From Octopus vulgaris (taxonomy: Eukaryota), in NCBI GenBank assembly GCA_951406725.2, contig OX597823.1, forward strand, positions 80,352,001 to 80,416,000: a stretch of 64,000 nt of DNA. Direction: 5' to 3'. Below are positions 55,367-61,519 of the stretch, piece after piece. A model generated the notes under the pieces. That model had not been told where the DNA came from. It did no database searches and saw only the letters and a program-made list of their open reading frames with translations. Within the stretch, counting starts at the first letter, position 1; each line of letters opens with the position of its first letter. The position numbers and the translations under genes were made by a program.

Positions 55367-58304
55367 AGAGAAATGAACTGATTCAAATATATTACTGGTG
55401 CTATTTTGTAACACCCAGTGCTGCATGATCTTATGAAATGGCCTTTCAGAAATGAAAGGCCATAACCCAAATAGCAAAACGCATTTCATTTGGTATTTAG
55501 CCTTTCTGCCAACTGTAACTAAATTAGAATGGTTTCTATTTCAAAGTAAATTTGGATAAAGAATAAAAATATCATGTAAACATTTAAATTTTTTCATGAA
55601 GGATTTTAAGGGGTGATAAAGCCAAGTGAAAGGAGAGCAGCTGATCAACAACAGAAGTGGTTGTGATTTAAAACTATATTGAATATATTTGCAGGCAAGC
55701 TAAATCTGCTTTGGCCCCAGAATCTCTTCATAGAAACATTTACTCTGTTTAGGGCTACATATAATGTTCTTGAATTAAACATTTGAGGTTGCTTGTATTT
55801 TTAATGAAATTTATCTTTCACAGTCAGAGAAAACTTAATAGGGATAGACTGGTTGGGGCCGTTATTGTTGTACATTTAAAATTTGATTGTTTGATTCCTA
55901 ACAGCATAACCGAAATTAACTTGAGTATGATAACAAATTTTGGAGCCTTTTGACTTGGAAGAAAGCCAAATATTTTAAAGACAGACATCCGTAATTACAT
56001 TCTAGTTTTTTTTTTTTTTTTTATTTCAAAGATCCTTCTTTCATCAAACTTAACAGAAATTAAACACAGTCAGTTTTGAGCTCAAAATAATGTAAAAAAT
56101 GTCTAGAAAGGATAAATGTCTTTAATGCCATACTATTTAAAGAGAGATCTACAGTCAATTGAATCACAGCTTGTATATGGAATGAACAAAAACCTTAGAA
56201 CCAACAGGACTTGACATCAGGATATTGTGAAAGAGAACTAAGTGGTCATTTCAAATTTTGGCACAAGGCCAGCAATTTTAGGAGAGGAGTAACTTGATTA
56301 CATTAACCCCAGTCCTCAACTGGTTCTTATTTTATCAATCTCAAAATGATGAAAGGCAATGATGACCTCAGCAGCATTTGAACTCAGAACATAAAGATGG
56401 ATGAAATGCCGCTAAGCAATATGCCCAGCATGCTGGCATTTCTGCCAGTTTGCCACCCTAAAGAAGCTAAGTATTGGTTTCAAATTTCGGCACAAGGGCA
56501 ACAATTTGACAGGAGGGGTAAGTCAAATACATCAACCCCAGTAACTGACTGGTAGTTATTTTATCAAAAAGAATTTGGTTTAATCTCTGCTATATCTACT
56601 AAGGGAAGCACAATGGCCCAGTGGTTAGGGCAGTGGACTCGCAGTTGGAGGATCACGGTTTCGAATCCCAGACCGGGCGTTGTGAGGTGTTTATTGAGCG
56701 AAAACACCTAAAGCTCCATGAGGCTCCAGCTGGGGTTGGTGGTGAACCCTGTTGTACTCTTTCGCCCCAACTTTCTCTCACTCTTTCTTCCTGTTTCTTG
56801 AGTAATGCTGTGATGGACTGGCATCCCGTCCAGCTGGGGGAAAACATATGCCACAGAAACTGGGAAACCGGGCCCATGAGCCTGGCTGGCTAGGCTTGAA
56901 AAGGGCGCATAAATAAATAAGAAAAAATATGGGAATTTCTTATACATGGATAGTATTATAATCCTTTACAAAACTTTTTTTAAGCCCCAAAAATTAAGGG
57001 GTTCCTTATACATAAGGGTTCCTTATACATGTTAAAATACAGTAAACATTTCTTTACTGCCCACAAGGGGCTACACACAGAGGGGACAAACAAGGATAGA
57101 CAAACAGATTGAGTCGATTATATCGACACCAGTGTGTAACTGGTACTTATTTAATCAACCCCAAAAGGATGAAAGGCAAAGTTGACCTCAGCGGAATTTG
57201 AACTCATAACGTAGCGACAGACGAAATACTGCTAAGCATTTCGCCCAGTGTGCTAACGTTTCTGTCAGCTCGCCACCTTAATACAGTAAATACTACTAAC
57301 AAAAGGACAATATAAATAATTTTTGGATGGCTGAAAGTTATTACAAATAATTAACATTTTATCAAACTTTTGTGCAATATCCAACTTACCACAAACTTCT
57401 TCAGATGTGGACATTTCATGTGCTCTCCAGTTTATGCAAATACCAGCTCTCAAACAGCGGGCAGCATATGCAGCAACAGCCGTGCAGAAACACTGGCAGT
57501 CACCACCTCTATCGCAAGAACAAGAATCATCCCGACATGAAGTGTAGTACCAATTTGGATCCACCTAACAAAGAAGTATTACAATGAGCATTTTCCAATA
57601 CCAAAAGCATTTATTTGTACAGCATGGATTAATGGTCATCTATGAAAGACACTAACTTTTATAATACTAAGAGCAGTAAACTTCCAAACATTTCAATGTA
57701 AATGACAATTCTTTTATTCTTTTATTTTTTCAGTCATTTGACTGTGGCCACGCTGGATCACCGCTTTTTAGTCAAAGAAATCAACCCTAGGACTTATTCT
57801 TCATAAGCTTAGTACTTATTCTATCAGTTTCTTTTGCCAGACTGCTAGATTACGGGGAAATAAACACACCAACATTGGTTGTTAAGCGATGGTGGAGGGG
57901 CAAACATAGACACACACACACACAAACACACACATATATATATATATATACAACAGGTTTCTTTCAGTTTCCGTCTACCAAATCCACTCACAAGGCTTTG
58001 GTTGGCCCGAGGCTATAGTAGAAGACACTTGTCCATGGTGCCACACAGTGGGACTGAACCCAGAACCATGTGGTTAGTAAGCAAGCTACTTACCACATAT
58101 GTTTTTCTTTTACTTGTTTCAGTCATTAGACTGCAGCCATGCTGGAGCACTGCCTTGAAAGATTTTTAGTCGAATAAATCAATCCCAATACTTGATTTTT
58201 TTTTGTTTTTGTTTTTAAGCATGGTACTTAGTCTATTGATCAGGAACATAAACCCACCAACACCAGTTATCACGCAGTGTTGGGGGACAACCATGAACAC
58301 AAAG

Positions 58305-58335
<31 letters not shown>

Positions 58336-61300
58336 GTGGACTTCTTTCAGTTCCTTATTTCTTTATTGCCCACAAGGGGCCAAACATAGAGGGGACAAAC
58401 AAGGACAGACAAAGGGACCAAGTCGATTACATCGACACCAGTATGTAACTGGTACTTAATTTATCGACCCTAAAAGGATGAAAGGCAAAGTCGACCTCGG
58501 CGGAATTTGAACTCAGAACAAAGACAGACAAAATACCGCTAAGCATTTCGCCCAGCATGCTAACATTTCTACCAGCTTGCCACCTTTCAGTTTCTGTCTA
58601 CCAAATCCACTTACAAGGCTTTGATCAGCCCAAGGCTATAGTAGAAGACACTTGCTCAAGATGTCACACAGTGGGACTGAGTCCTGAACCATATGGTTGG
58701 GAAGCAAACTTCTTACCACACATGTATGGCTGATATATTTTTAAATAAAACAAAAAGAAATAACTTATTTTATGCTTTATATATATATATATACGGCAAA
58801 GATCAACAACCAAGAGTTGATCTCTGCTGAAACCACAGGCTCGAAAATAAACAATGTGTGCTTCATTTGTCTGCTTAAAATTCAATTAAGTTTAGGAAAT
58901 AAATACTGAAACAGAAACTTAATTTTGAAATAAAATAATTAAATTACTGGGTTTAAATGTTAACTTTTTATCTTTGTTTTGAAATGTTTTTATAAGAAAA
59001 CATAGAACAAGTTGACATTTAATAAATTTGGTTATTGTGACTTCTACATAGCAACATTTTACTGTTTAGGATGACCTAAGTTTAGTCAGAAGCTTATAGA
59101 ATTATTATTATATAGAGTGACGGTAATAACATTGTACAATGATGTTATCACTATTTTCTTATTTGTATATCAACTAACAAATTCCGGTTGTATGTCCAGC
59201 ATGTCATCTAAGTGAGTATATTATTATAATAAATGAAAGATTGTCATGGTCAGTTACTAGGCAAGGTCCTCCAATAGAAAGGCTATGTTGGTATATTCAT
59301 ATTATATTATGTTAATATATTCACATGGACAATATATTGCCGCTATGAGTCAAGTATAATACCCATAATTACTTGTAGTTAGTAGATTATGAATTAATAA
59401 ACTCCCTTCTTCTTCTCTCTCTCTATATATATACACACTATATTTGATGGTCTATAAAGCACACCTTTTTTTACCCAAAAATGGCTTTAAAAATCTCCCT
59501 GCATCCAACGTACTCAATATGGTTCAAAACTCACAACTGTTGGCCAAAATTATATAATCGTTTACGGTATGTTTATATTATACCAATCACCTACAGTATG
59601 TTTATATCGAATGTGGATGCAATAAATTGCTTATAATTAACGGTAATAACAAAAAGTCATACAGGTAAATGGAAGAATTAAAACATTATTTTAGTGGTAA
59701 TTTATTTTACAAAAGTATAGCCTAGGCTAGGGTGCATCTTATAGGCCATCAAATATGGTGTATATATATATATATACATAGTGTGTGTGTGTGTGTGTGT
59801 CCCCTACCATCACCATAACCACCTGACAACTAGTGTTGGCTTCTTTACATCCCCTAACTTAAGAGTTTGTGAAAAAGTGACAAATAGAATAAGTAAGAAG
59901 CTTAAAAAAAAAGTTCCAGGGTCAATTTGTTCATCTAAACTTTTCAAGACAGTACCCCGGCATAGCCACAGTCCTATGACTGAAACAAGTACAAAATACA
60001 TACATATAAATATATAACATTAGAGCCACCAATATTTATAGCTTAATTTAACAGAGAAACACAGCACACACTCTGTTGTGTTACTGGTAGCACAGCCTCC
60101 CAGAATGTAATAGTTACAAAGTCTTAAGTGCTGTCAGTGTGTTTATCCTTTTACTGTTCAGAGTTAGTCCTTGTAGCAATCTACACTATTTGCTTTAAAA
60201 TCTGTCATTAATTAATGTTTGATGCCAAAACATAGAAACTGGTGATACTTACCGAAGAATGGCATGGTTCAAATATTTTGCCCAGGATTATCCTGCATGA
60301 CATTTCTGCCCAAGACTGTCGATGTGAATTCAATACGCAAGGATTCGGAAGCTCTTTATCAACAATGGCACAAGATTCTCTGACCCTCCAGCTGTTAGCA
60401 AATGCCAAGGGACTTTGTGTATGTTCTGGGAAAGAGCTTTTGTCCCTGAAGTCATTATTAGCAATTTGATCATAGTTTCCACAAAGGCCACACACTCGGC
60501 CCATATATTTATTTTCTAATGTTATATATAACCTCATACTCTTATCCCATACAAGAGTGATGCCTGAAATGAAAAATTACACAGACATTATAAAGTATTG
60601 TTATATAAGAAAAGCATATATTTGTGTGAACACACATACACATCTATGGAGTTCGTTCATTTTTTTACCAGGCTCAGTCAGTGGACTGGGGCCATAAGGA
60701 AGAACTACTTTCCATTGATGGTTTTACATGATTTTAACAAGACTACTACTCTGATGCAGTTTTACTGACCTCATAAACAATGAAAAGTAAAATCAAACTA
60801 GGTGTAATGAAAGTAATCAGTACCTGATTTTTGCATATAGAAAGAAAGAAAGAAAGAAAGATGCATATATACACACAAATACATCATCATCATAATCATT
60901 TAGCATCCGCTTTCCATGCTAGCATGGGTTGGACGGTTCAACTGGGGTCTGTGAAGCCAGAAGGCTGCATCAGGCCCAGTCTGATCTGGCAGTGTTTCTA
61001 CGGCTGGATGCCCTTCCTAACGCCAACCACTCCATGAGTGTAGTGGGTGCTTTTTACGTGCCACCCGCACAGGTACATTCATATGTATACACATATATAT
61101 AAATACATATATATATGAATTTTTGGCGTAATGAGATAAAAAACCAAGGCTGTATAGATATTTATAGATAGAAGGTCTTACAGCTATTTCTAGGATATTA
61201 ATTACTATCCTAGAAACAGCTGTAAGACCTTCTATCTCTAAATGCTCTAATATTTATACAGCCTTGGGTTTTTATCTCATTACGCAAAAAATTCTTATAT

Positions 61301-61454
61301 ACACACACTGACATAGAACCAATATTGAACCCTTTATTCGCAATATTACCGAATCTGGAACTTAACTATGGTCTGTCTATAGCACTTATTCAGCATTACC
61401 TGACACCTTTAGGTCTCAACGACACCATTATCTCTTATAACCTCAACTACATAC

Positions 61455-61485
<31 letters not shown>

Positions 61486-61486
61486 T

Positions 61487-61519
<33 letters not shown>

